DNA from: Vitrella brassicaformis CCMP3155 | Lineage: Eukaryota > Protista > Chromerida | Length of the DNA: 58,728 bases | Reading direction: 5' to 3' | Assembly (NCBI GenBank): GCA_001179505.1 | Contig: CDMY01000522.1 | Coordinates: forward strand, 1 to 58,728 | Shown here: piece by piece, positions 32,414 through 44,500 of the stretch | How positions within the stretch are numbered: the first letter of the stretch is position 1 | Layout: every line of letters starts with the position of its first letter | Translations under genes and position numbers: made by a program | The notes under the pieces: model-generated | Seen by the model: the letters and a program-made list of their open reading frames with translations, nothing else | The model's database searches: none | What the model was told of the DNA's origin: nothing

Positions 32414-35400
32414 ATGAGCGAGACGACGTTCCTGATCCATCTGGATGAGTTTCTGTATCCGGGTGAGCTGGAGGACTTTCTGGTGGCGCGTGACTGCTTC
32501 AGCCGCATCTGCTCGACCATCGGCACCGAGGACCTCCGATACGTCATACCGCACTGCCTCGAACTCCTGGAGTTCGCCGCCGAGCGCATCAGATCTGATG
32601 CCGCACTCGCCCTCCTCTTCATTTCTATGGGCTGCTCGGTCGGCAACGCCGCCAGGGGAGACCTGGTCGCCCGCATGAGGACCGCCAGCAGCCTCTTCCA
32701 GAAGTGGGGCGCGTTCGCGTGCTTTGTGCACCACCTGGAGCACCTCTTGGACCGGGTCAAGGAGGAGGGCGCAGGCGGGCAGGAGAGGGAGAGGGACGAC
32801 CCACAGGCCGGGCTGTACGCCCAGCCGGGTGTGCAGGAGCGCGACTTCAGGGCGGTGCTCAACCTGCTGTACATCTACTACCTCTTCCACCACGAGAACC
32901 CCGACTTCGTCGACTTTTTGCACGGCAAGGGGACGGCGGAGCTGCGGTTCTCGCCCGTGCAGACGGAGCACAAGGTGCCCTTCCTGGTGCTGCTCTCCGA
33001 GACCCTCGCCATGTTCCACAAGTGCATCAGCATCCCATGCCGCAAGACAGCTGTGCTCATCTTCAAGACACTCCAGACCTTCCTCGGCGTCGACGACAGG
33101 CACCTGGAGCCGCCGTCCGACCCAACTGCGGGCAGCAAGGACAGAGCGGCCGACTCGCCGCCCCTGCGGTCATCCTCTTCGCCACCGAGGCGCGAGGAGC
33201 CCAGCAGCCCGCCGGCAAGCCAGGCAGGTCGTGGACTGGCAGAGGAGAGGGTCGAGGGGGAGAGAGCGGAAACCCCCAGGGGGCAGAGGAGCGAGACGGC
33301 CCCTATCGTCTTGGCCTTGCCGCCTCCCTCTCCCTCTCCTTCTGGTGGCCCCGATGACGATGCGTCCATGTCGCTGCACGATCCCGACGAGATGCCGTCC
33401 GGCGGTCGGTCGTCGCCCAGTGCGGTCACTGAGGGGTCGCCGGTGCGCTTCAGCAAGCTCATGGCCGACAGGGGTTGGGAGCACCGCGACCAGTCTCGCT
33501 TGAAGGAGTTCCAGTCGTTCACGGCGCTGTGTCTGCACGAGCAGAAGCTGCGTGAGAGGTGGCACTCGGTGTACCCAAAGGCAATCGAGGAGGGGCTGCA
33601 GATCATACAGACATACAAGGTGGGGNNNNNNNNNNNNNNNNNNNNNNNNNNNNNNNNNNNNNNNNNNNNNNNNNNNNNNNNNNNNNNNNNNNNNNNNNNN
33701 NNNNNNNNNNNNNNNNNNNNNNNNNNNNNNNNNNNNNNNNNNNNNNNNNNNNNNNNNNNNNNNNNNNNNNNNNNNNNNNNNNNNNNNNNNNNNNNNNNNN
33801 NNNNNNNNNNNNNNNNNNNNNNNNNNNNNNNNNNNNNNNNNNNNNNNNNNNNNNNNNNNNNNNNNNNNNNNNNNNNNNNNNNNNNNNNNNNNNNNNNNNN
33901 NNNNNNNNNNNNNNNNNNNNNNNNNGGGGACAAGGCAGGTGGCGAAGGAGTAAGTGGGTCAAATGGAGTGCAACGCTGGGCCCACTATGCTGTGGGCGTG
34001 TGTGTTTGTGTTTGTGTCGGTTCAGATGGATTTTCTCCGAAAACACAAGTTCCACCCTGCTGAAGTAGAGTACATGAAGAGCAGACCCTTCCTCGCAGAC
34101 GTACGCGACACACACACACACACACGAAGACACCCACATGCTCTCCTCTTGTCTGTCTTGTTTGTCTCTGCCGTCCGTCCAGACATGGCGTGAGCTGCAG
34201 CACATAGAGCGCGATCGCATCCACCGGGCCCGTCTGGCCAAGTACCAAGAGGCCGCCCGCAAGGCCTCCATCCGCCTCCCCCCCTCAGCCTCCTCGCCCA
34301 CCTTCTCCGAGCCCGCACAGCCCAGCGACGACTCCTCCCCGTGTGGCGACATTCACCATGCCGCCGATGACGGCGGACAGGAGGGCTTTCGCGAGCTCAA
34401 TGGCCACTGGGACAGGGAAGTGTCATCCCGGAGGGGACATGAGGGGACGGCAGTGGCCGACTCGGGCGGGACGGCGGAGCAGGGAGCGAAGAGCACGTCG
34501 GCGCTCAATGGCGTTGGGGCGGGCGATTCATCGGCGCGTCCGGCGCCTCAATTGGCTCCTGCGTCGGGCCTGGAGGCGTGGGATGACGATAGCGTGTTCA
34601 GCAGCAGCGAGGAGGGATCGGTGGCCGAGTCCATGGCGGCGTCGGAGGTGTCTGAGGCGGCCACAGAGGTGCTGGTGGAGCAGGACGTGGCAGACGTGGA
34701 GCATGCACATGTGCTGCGGCCGCCACCTGACGAGCTCCTCCCTCCCGCACCGTTGCCAATTAGTGCGGTCGAGAGAGGACAGCTGGACCACCACACTGGT
34801 CGGGGGACGTCTCTGTCACTGTCGCCTCCGTCGTCCATCCCCACCGACTCATCACCCGCTGCTGCTGATGCTGCTCCTGGTGTGCCAGCTGGTGGGGTGG
34901 ATGAGGGTGTGTACAGGGCTGGGAGTGAGTCGCCGATTCTGTTTACGGGCGACCCTGGCCGCGTGCCGCACCGTCGTGGGTTCAGCTGGCTCTATCGGCA
35001 GCTGTGGCTGGCCTCGCCGCAGCAGGACCACCTCAACTCCTTCATCGTCATTCTGCTCAAGCTACTGCTAACCACTTGCAGGAACCACCGAAGCAGATCT
35101 TCAGGTCGGTACCTACCTGCAAACACAACACAGATAGATAGATAGATGTCTCGATGTATGTAATGTGTGCGAATGGGTCACTTTGTGTATCTCCTTCCTT
35201 GCTCTCGATCTTAATGAATGCAGACGGAATCCTGGATGCGGATCACGACCTCGACGCGTGCCGCAACCAGGACTCCCCCTACCACCGGCAGCTATCACCC
35301 AGCCCCTCCGCCCGATACGACGAGTCACCACCCAGGCTCGCACGCACAGCCCAGCAGACCACCAACGGCCTACACAGAGAAGAGGAGGAGCCACAACAGC

Positions 35401-38400
35401 ACCGACAAGACCGATCGCACACGGACTGGCCCGACGGCACCGCCGATGCACCGACTCAGCAGAGCTTTGCGTCCCTCGACCGAGGAATGAGTCTCCAGGA
35501 TGCTCTTGGGAGTGCGGCTGACGACAGCAGCAGCCCGTCCGCAGCAGAGCAGACACTGGAGTTCGTGCGGATCGACCAGCCTGCTGATGAGCCGCAGTGG
35601 GACAGTGTCATTGTCCGCGGCCCCCACGGCAGCCAGGAGGAGGACGGTCGCACCACCAATGGTCGGGGCGTGGCTGCGATGGTGCGGAGGGAGTCAATGG
35701 GCACACCTGAGTCCGAGGGTCAAGACGAGGATGAGGAGGAGGATGATCAGGGGATCGTCGCTCAACAAGACGATACAGAGATGGATCAGGACGTCGATGC
35801 ATCTCCAAACGGCCGCCGTGTGCCGCGCAAGGACACCCCGGTGCTCTCGGTGGACGCGGTGGCCCAGGTGCAGGCAGAGGCTGCCATTCCCACGGAGGAG
35901 CCGTCGGAGACACCTGACACGCTGGTGACGGAGGATGACACCACCGCTCAGGAGGGGGATGAGGAACTGCAGGAGGTCGCTGCAGACACGACCGACCTGC
36001 CTCATGGCAGCAGCGGCAAGGCCCCACCCTCCCCCAGGGAGGTCGCTTCCATCAACCCTTCCGATGAGCCACTGGATGGGCAAGGCGATACTGCGGTGTG
36101 GAACGACGAGCAGGAGCCGTCATCATGCCACCCCGACGAGGCCGTCGAGGCACATGAACAGTCGCTGCCTCCCCCTGAGGCCCCTCCCTCACCCGTCATA
36201 TCTTATCGGCTCCCCGCGGACATGATGGCCGATGATGATGAGGAGGAGGAGGGCGACGATGACGACGACGGGCAGCAGGAGGCGCAGGAGCGCTTCCATG
36301 CCAGCAGAGGGGTCGGCGAGGAGGTGGACAGGGACCAGGAGCAGGAGCAGGACGAGGAGTCAGATTACGTCTTCTGTCGGCGGGAGTGGGTGCAGGAGGA
36401 CAAGGGGGGACGCTCCTCATCTCAACCTGCCGCTGCCACCATGCAGTCGTCCCCGTCCGAGCAGATCGACGATCTCGAGCAGAGCGACCTCCACGAAGAT
36501 CAGACGGCGGACCCCCCACTCGAGGAGGACGATGAGGACGATGAGCGCCCTCCAGAGCCGAGGCGCCAGCCTCCCCCCAGCCCCCACCCCCATCGCGTCA
36601 CCCCCACCCTCTTCTCATCCTCTGACGAGGCTGACATCGATGCAGATGGGGGCGTGGACGGCAACGGCCAGCCCTTCTCAGAGATATTCGTCCCCGCCAT
36701 GGAGGAGGACGAGACGCCCTCCGACTCGCCATCGCCTCAGGCGTATGGCGCCATGGTGGACTCGAGAGACGGGAACGGCACGGAGGACATAAGGGAGGAG
36801 GGCAGGCGATCGGGCGTCGACGACCGCCCTGCTGCAGGTGGCCGCGAGAGAGGAGAGCAGGAGGGCGGGTCTGCGGATCGTGAGGGCGCTGAGGAAGAGG
36901 GTGACAGCCCCACCTGCACCAGCGGCAATGGCGAGAGGACTGGGGGCGGGGGCGGGGGTGGGAGTGGGAGTGGTGGGGACAGCGAGGACAGCCCTGACGA
37001 CGAGCTGCCGGGGTCAGTGTGGCGTCACCGTGAGATCATCGCAGCGGCCGTGTCGGGCATTCTCTTTCTGCTCCTCAAGGGGGCGCGCAAGTCGCGCCCC
37101 GAGGAGTTCTCGTGGCTATCGCAGCTCATCAGCGACATGAACGGCATCCTCGTGGTGCTCAAGTACTTCAACAATGACACCGACAGCAGCAAGGAGGGAG
37201 GGGGAGACAAGGGCGAGGCGGCCAATGGGGAGGGAGGCACCAACGGGGGCTGTGAGAACGGCGTGGCTGCCTCGGCGGGGTCGTCGCCGGGCGGGGAGAA
37301 TAGCAAGGGGCCGCGGGGTCCGCACCGCAGCATGAGATGGATGGAGCGCATGTCGCCGGTGCTGCCCTGTCTGCAGCACGTCGACCAGTGGGTACGCAGC
37401 GACTCGACTGACTCATTTATGTATGGGTGGGAAGGGGATGGAACCTAAAGCTTCTCTGCTCTGTGTGGTCTCTCCCTGTCCGTCTGGTCTGGTGCACTGA
37501 CTGCAGCATGAGAGGCACTCGATGTGGTATGGAGCTGCCGTCTACCGCCTCCTTAAGTAGGCGAAGCGAGGCGACGACATCCAAGAGGCAGAGAGAGATG
37601 TGTGAATTCTTTCTCCTCGTGGATTGATGTGATGTGATATTGTGTGTGCAGGGTGTTGTATCTGCTGTCGAAGAACTGCCCAGAGAGGCTGCGCAAGTAC
37701 CTGGTCCAGTACAAGGTGAGCGATGCGATTTGAGGGATGGATGGATGGTTGGATGTCATCCCCACCACCGATGTCATGTGTGCCTTGCAGGCGCCGTTCA
37801 TCCTGAAGCGTCTGTACAAGCTGGACAACCCCGTGTACACCAACATGGTCCTCAAGATCATGAAGAAACAAGTCAGATACATGCCCAAGTAATGAAACAA
37901 ACAAACCACCCACAAACATGCATACCGACCGACCGACTGGCTTGGCTGCCCCACACTCACGCCAACACACATACCCCCACCCAACACACACCCCTTGTGC
38001 ATCTGTGTCCCTCTCACTCGTGTGGCACTCACCACTTGTCGGCAGGAAGTGGAAGCAGACCAACATGAAGACCATCTCACACATGTACTCGGCGGTCCCC
38101 ACGGCCCCACTCGAGGACTGGCTACTCACAGAACAAATCGGTGGGTGGGTACCCATCCCATCGACCCCCCCCAACACACACTGCGAGCAGCACAGTGCAT
38201 CCACACACACCACACACACCACACATGGCCCTCTGTTGGTTGGTTGATATGGCTGGCTGCCATGCCAGGCGGTGAGGAGTACGAGGGTCCGAGCCAGGCT
38301 CATCTGGGGGAGGGCAACAAGCTGTACAACACCATATTGCAGGAGCGCCACTTCGACCACGCCCACACCCCGCAGCTCTACTACAACCCTCTGCAGAGCC

Positions 38401-39749
38401 AGTACACCATCCCCCACCCACCTGTGAGCCTGCACCACTTCCCCGCCGACCTGGCCCTTCAGGACGACCCACACAGGGGATGGCTATCGGACGGAGCGGG
38501 CGGCCTCGTGCACCTGCCGCCATCGCCCTACCCCTTTCCCCCGCCGCTCACCTTCCCCAGGCAGCAGCAGGGGAGGAAGACGGAGGTGCCTCTGTCCATG
38601 GGTGCGGCTGACGGGGCCGACCTGGAGAGGCGCCTGATGCGCCTGGGGGGCATACAGCACCGCGTGTCGACCAACGGCACGTCCACTCAGCCCATGTCGT
38701 CCAGCAGCCACACGCCGGTGGCGGCACAGAAGGTGCCTGAGGATCCGCTGTATCACCCTCCGACACGAGAGGAGCTCATGCGGCTGCAGCAGTTCGGCAC
38801 ATTCATCAAGCAGCATCTCGAGGAGGAAGGCGCCCTCTGCCCACCAAATGGCGACACTGTCGACATGGACATCGACATGGACAGCATCATAACACCACCA
38901 TCACCATCACCGGCGGCAGCAGCAGCAGCATCAGCTGACGACGGCAGTGTGGCTTCTGGTGTGAGGGAGCTGTTGGCGAGTCCGCCGCCGACCAGCAGCG
39001 GGGCTTACGCGTTAGTGGATGCCAAGGAGGACGACAAGATGCTGCGGATGCTCGAGATGTGCGGCGCATCCATGAAGCCCTCACACGTCATCCCGCCATA
39101 CCTGGCTGAGGCATTCACAAGGGCCACCATCACCCAGCAGCAGGAGCAGCAGCGGCAGCAGGGAGTGTCCTCTGGCGGTATTCCATCAGCAGCAGCAGCA
39201 GCATCCCCACTCGGTGTGTCGACAACCAAGCGCATCAGCCGGTCCAAATCGAGCCGCCGCGCGTCGCCCTCTTCCCACCTGTCGTCATCAGCGGCCGACA
39301 GCCAGATCATCAAGTTCGTCAAGCGCGAGCCCCTCATTTGGGAGGAGTGCTTCGACGACATCGACAACACACACAAACGACTCATCAGGGGAGAGGTCGG
39401 CAAGGGGGGCCACACGACCACCACCAACGACACCAGCAAGACACAGAAGCAGCAGCAGCAGCAGCAGCAGGTGTCCTCTTCTCGCGGCACCACACACACC
39501 CAAAGCCAAAGCCAAAGCCACAGCCACAGCCGCCGTCAGCAGAGGTCCTCTGTGCTGGCCTTGGCGCGTTCGACGCCCTCTGACGCCAACCTGGACCTCA
39601 AGGCCTTTGAGGAGGGGCCGGGGTGCGCCAGCTATGTGCTGCGGGGCGAGCGCAAGGGCAACTATGACGAGTGGCTGCAGGACGACGTGTGCGACTACAC
39701 CTGTGTGCTGGAGGGGCTCAGACAGTACTTGTGCCAGAGCGACAGATAG
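32414..39749 (+). CDS. STRIP1: Striatin-interacting protein STRIP1/2 (FAM40/Far11; N1221 + DUF3402-like) with large low-complexity insertions
   Basis: DEFLYPGELEDFLVARDCF; IVILLKLLL; RHREIIAAAVSGILFLLLK...LISDMNGILVVLKYFNND; YKAPFILKRLYK...VLKIMKKQVRYMPKKWKQTNMKTISHMY...EDWL; C-terminal NYDEWLQDDV. These match remembered STRIP/Far11 blocks (RHKEII, SAPILKR, NMKTMSAIY, YDLWL). Confidence 0.85.
33626..33925. other. Assembly gap (300 N) inside a STRIP1 intron
   Basis: Run of N flanked by G-runs, just after donor AAG|GTGGGG. Confidence 0.99.
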
Positions 39750-40529
39750 GCAGCAGCGACTGCCAGTGGGTAGCAGTGGTGTGCTATAGCAGGGGATGGT
39801 GGGAGGGAGGGAGGGAGGGAGGAGTGGGGGGCTCTGGCCCTTTTGTTTGTGTGTGCGCACCACTTGAACGCATTTGTTTGGAGGTGACCTTGTGTGCAGT
39901 GATTGCAACAGTGCTGTAAATGACCTTTGAGACGAGCAAGCCGTCCGTCGTCCACACCCCCCACGAACCAGACCCACCACAAACACGCAAAAGCCATACA
40001 TATGTCGGCCGGTGCAGTCACGCCATCCATCCATCCATCCATCGACAACCACACAGGCACCCGGACACGACAGACCATTGCCACACACACACTCACACAC
40101 GATGCCCGTGTCACCCGCCCTGGCAGAGAGCCAGCAAAGACTCAGACGGACAGGGAAGGAGGCAGGGAGGGAGGGAGCAATGACAAGGAGGGAGGGCGGG
40201 AGGGCAGGAGGGAGCAAATCGACAACGACAGCAGGGAATGGAATGAGCAACACTCATCATTGATATCCACACACACAAAACAACACAACACCTCCTCACG
40301 GACCCACCCGCAACCAGCCGTGTGGCTGACACACGGCAGAAAGAGAGAGAGGCTCCACTGAACCCTGCCGTCTGTCTGTCTGTCCGTCGTGATGCACGCA
40401 CATGCTCACAGACCCACGGAAAAAGTCAGACAGGCAGACACCACCAACGAAGAAAACACCTGCCTGCCTGCCTGCCATGTGATGTGTATCATCCATCACC
40501 GAGTGATTGGTACGCTCGTTCCGTTCTAG

Positions 40530-41494
40530 CTAGCCCATCCAGCCCTTCCGGTAGCTGCTCCGCCTGTCGCCACCCAGCGCCTGCACACAACACACGCACC
40601 AGACCACACACAACATCAACCACAACAACACTTTCCCCTCCGCCCACCCACCTGTTCCAGCTTCATAGAAGTGCCCTGCTGCGACACCCGTGGTAGCACC
40701 CCCGTGGACCGCCGGTTGGAGTCGCCGGCCGGCGATGTGGGCGACATGGGAGCCATAGACTGCTGGGAGGTCATCAAGACGGGATCCAGGCCTCGTCTTG
40801 GCAATGCGGGTGAGCCCATGATGCTGGCACGTGCGGCTGAGCGGGGCATGCGAGCTGAGAGGGGGTTTGGGTGGGTGAGGGATGACGAGCGGGGCGGGGT
40901 GTGTGCGGCCCCTGGGGCTGAGGACATGATGGTGACGTGTTTGTGGAGGGTGTTGGAGAAGGGCGGGTGCGTCACGCCCTGCTCCTTCTGCTCCTGCCAG
41001 TACCTGCAGGCACACATCACATCGTCCACACACACAAGTGGGTGTGTGGCCTGGGTTGGAGAGGGGGGGAGGGTTTCTTGGTTACTTGTAGTTGTGTTTG
41101 AGGTTCTCTGGCCAGTCCCGCTCGCCGATGAGGCTGGTTAGCGGCAGCCAGAAGGGCTTGATGACGAAGTCGATGAAACCCAACTGCATTTACAGTGAGT
41201 GACACACATATGGAGGGGTCGATGCGAGCAAGAGCTGAGTGAGTTACCTGCATGGACGCCATGGCTTTGGTGTCCTCTGGCGGATTCTTCATGAATGGCA
41301 GCCCCTCCAAACCTGCACACACACACACGATAAGCAAGGTACCAAACACATCATGGTGGGTGCCGACCCGACACAATCTGTCTGTCTGTCTGTCTGTTGG
41401 TTAGGTTAGGTCAGGATGTGTGTGGCGTCTGTCTTGTCTGCACTCACTCACCCAGGTCATCTTCAAGCAAGTGCTGGTTGTAGAACTCCGTTAC

Positions 41495-41525
<31 letters not shown>

Positions 41526-44500
41526 ACACACACACGCAGAGACGTTCCCACTGGATGTGTGTGGGTGTGGGAGGGTGGGTGTGCTTCGGTCGGTCCTGCC
41601 CATCCGCTCACTGACCGATTCGTCTGGTCCACTTGACGTACAGCTCCAGCGGCAGCAGGGGGTTCGAGATGTCGGCGGCATGCACCATGCAGTCACACTG
41701 GACCAACGGACCATGGATCACCCACAACAAAGGCACACAGGCAGACAGACAGGCAGGTGTGTGAAAGGAATGGTCTTGGGCTCTCTCTGTCTCTCTGTTT
41801 CTCTCTCTCTCAGTCTATGACGATCTGACCATACCATGAAGTCGAGCTGGTCATCCGACAGCTCCACTGGCTCACCGCCCTTGGACAACTCTGTCACGGC
41901 CGTCGTCAAATCCTGCACACACACACACACACGAACACGCTTCCTCACACACACACACACGCACGCACACACACACGCACGCACACACACACGCACGCAC
42001 ACACACACGCCGATCGACGCCCACGTGCGGACCGACCTTACCTTGTGGATGGTCATGTCGGTCGAGAGGATGGACGAGATGCACCGCTTCCTGAGCTGCT
42101 TGTACTCTGGGAAGGGCAGGAGGGAGAGGAAGTCGCAGCCCGGCAGCGTCAGCAGCTCGAACAAACACGACGAGTGGTACGACTCGAGCACCGAACGGTC
42201 GTTGTAGCGGATCGCCTTCAAAGCAAAGAGCGCAAAGAAAGATGGGAACGAACGAACGAACCAACGAAGAGAAAGAGAGTTAAGATGTCATGTGCTTCTG
42301 GATGATGATGATGATGTTGTGTCGGTCGACGCTGTGTGTGTGGGTCAACTGGTTACCAGTGGGTGTCTGGCTTGGACCAAGAAATCATTGTTCGACCCAA
42401 GATGGCCTGCACACACACACACACGTGGGATACGCCCCCTCCTCCCCTCCCCGTCTCCCCTCCCCAGCAGGCAGCATAGCACCACCCTACCAATATCGTG
42501 GCAAAGCGCCGCAATAAGGCACCCCATAGCCCTCAAATCCCCCAGCACGTTGGTCACCGACGCAGGGCCGTCGGCGTACGTGTGCGCCATGGCCTTGATC
42601 AGCCGCTTCTCGCTCACTTCGGCACTGTGAGACGGCGCCTTCAGCCGCATACGGCCCGCACCGTGCTGACACATCAGAGCCGTCACATGCATCACCGAGA
42701 AACCTGCAGAGACATGGAGGGTTCAGAGAGTCAGGGGGCCGACGGGAAAATCTGATCTTCTTCTGCAAGTGTGGGGGGGACCATGGTGGAAGTTGTGGTA
42801 GGGGTTGGCGAAGTAGTGGCGGCCGACTTGAGCCACGAAGTTGCGAAAGAACACCTGGAACACCCGACAAACACCCACCAAAGCACCCACCCATCAGCAC
42901 CCATCCCTCTCTGTCCAGTCCATCCATCCATCCATCCATTGTGTGAGTGTGTGTGCGGCGCGGTGCCTGCCTTGTTGAGGTCGAACAGGTCGAAGAGGTT
43001 GAATTCTGCGAAGATTCGCTCGACCAGGACGATGAGCTCGCCTTTGGAGAACTTGAGGGCGTCGAATGAGAGCGAGAAGACATCCTCCATCGGGATGTCG
43101 TCAGGGGGCGGGGGCCGGGGCGGCAGGCGAGCCTCGGCGTCGAAATACGACACGCGGTCGGGGTCGGCGTACAATGGCTGGTGGAGAGAGAGAGGGGATG
43201 ACGGGCATAATGCCTGTGNNNNNNNNNNNNNNNNNNNNNNNNNNNNNNNNNNNNNNNNNNNNNNNNNNNNNNNNNNNNNNNNNNNNNNNNNNNNNNNNNN
43301 NNNNNNNNNNNNNNNNNNNNNNNNNNNNNNNNNNNNNNNNNNNNNNNNNNNNNNNNNNNNNNNNNNNNNNNNNNNNNNNNNNNNNNNNNNNNNNNNNNNN
43401 NNNNNNNNNNNNNNNNNNNNNNNNNNNNNNNNNNNNNNNNNNNNNNNNNNNNNNNNNNNNNNNNNNNNNNNNNNNNNNNNNNNNNNNNNNNNNNNNNNNN
43501 NNNNNNNNNNNNNNNNNNGGGGGGGGCTGGGGGCTCTGTGTGTGCGTGGTTGTTTGTACTTGTGAGACGGCGAGTAGCGGTATGGCCTCGTTGTCTGCGG
43601 TGCAGACGGCCAGGGCGTCGCTGTAGTAGACATCGTTCAAACCGGCCGTCCCATCAGGCTCCACGTAACCTACAAACGCACAGACGCACAGATATATTCG
43701 ATGCACTGCATCCTTCCCCCCAACCCCCTCCCTCTCACACTTTGCCCTCTCACTCACCTGAGAGCAGCTCCCCCGCCAGCACGGTCATCCCGCCAGGCGA
43801 TGCACCCGACGGCGAGGACGGCTTCCCCTCGCCCGGGCGCCCAGCTGCAGCAGCCATCTGTATCTGCTGTGTGGTGGTGTCGGTGCGGATGGACACCGGC
43901 GAGCCGCCTCCGCCCTCCGCGTCGGTATCGGGCCTGCCCATGGCCGACACAGGCAGCTTCTTGACCACCAGCGACGCGCGCGGCAACGCCCCCGACTGCA
44001 CCAGACGGTTGCCGGCCACGTCTAGCAGACACTCCACCTGATGAGATCGATGTGGCCAATGAGAGAGAGAAGGGGGGGTGGGTGGTGTTGTTGGTTGTGA
44101 GGTGAGGTGGTTCGCTTGCCTCTTCTGCGAGGTCTCCGGCGAGGTCTCTGATCTCCCACGGCTGCGCGCCCTCATCCACCGGTCCCAACACGCGATGCAC
44201 CGCACCCCTACGAAGAAACCACACACACACACACACACAAAGGGGCGGTCAGTCAGTCAGTCAGTCACCACACACACCGATGGATGGATGGATGTTTCTC
44301 CGCGACTGACTCACCGGGCGACCTGCTGCAGCACATCCACCTGCTGTCGGACCGGCCCGGAATACGACCACGGCGGCCATGGGAGGCCGCTGGTGGCACT
44401 GCCGCCGCCGCTGTCCCCACCACCCTTGTCCTCACCACGTCTCCCAGACCCACCACCCTCACCACCCCCACCGCCAGCCGAGGTCGGTGATGGGTCAGCA

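Noticed and set aside
33626-33925. 300-N runs (also 43219-43518) as biological features
   Set aside because: Fixed-length scaffolding gaps; they could hide sequence but are not features.
41915-42010. Repetitive tracts that might suggest CRISPR arrays or satellites
   Set aside because: Simple di/tetranucleotide microsatellites in introns; no repeat-spacer structure, and the DNA is eukaryotic.
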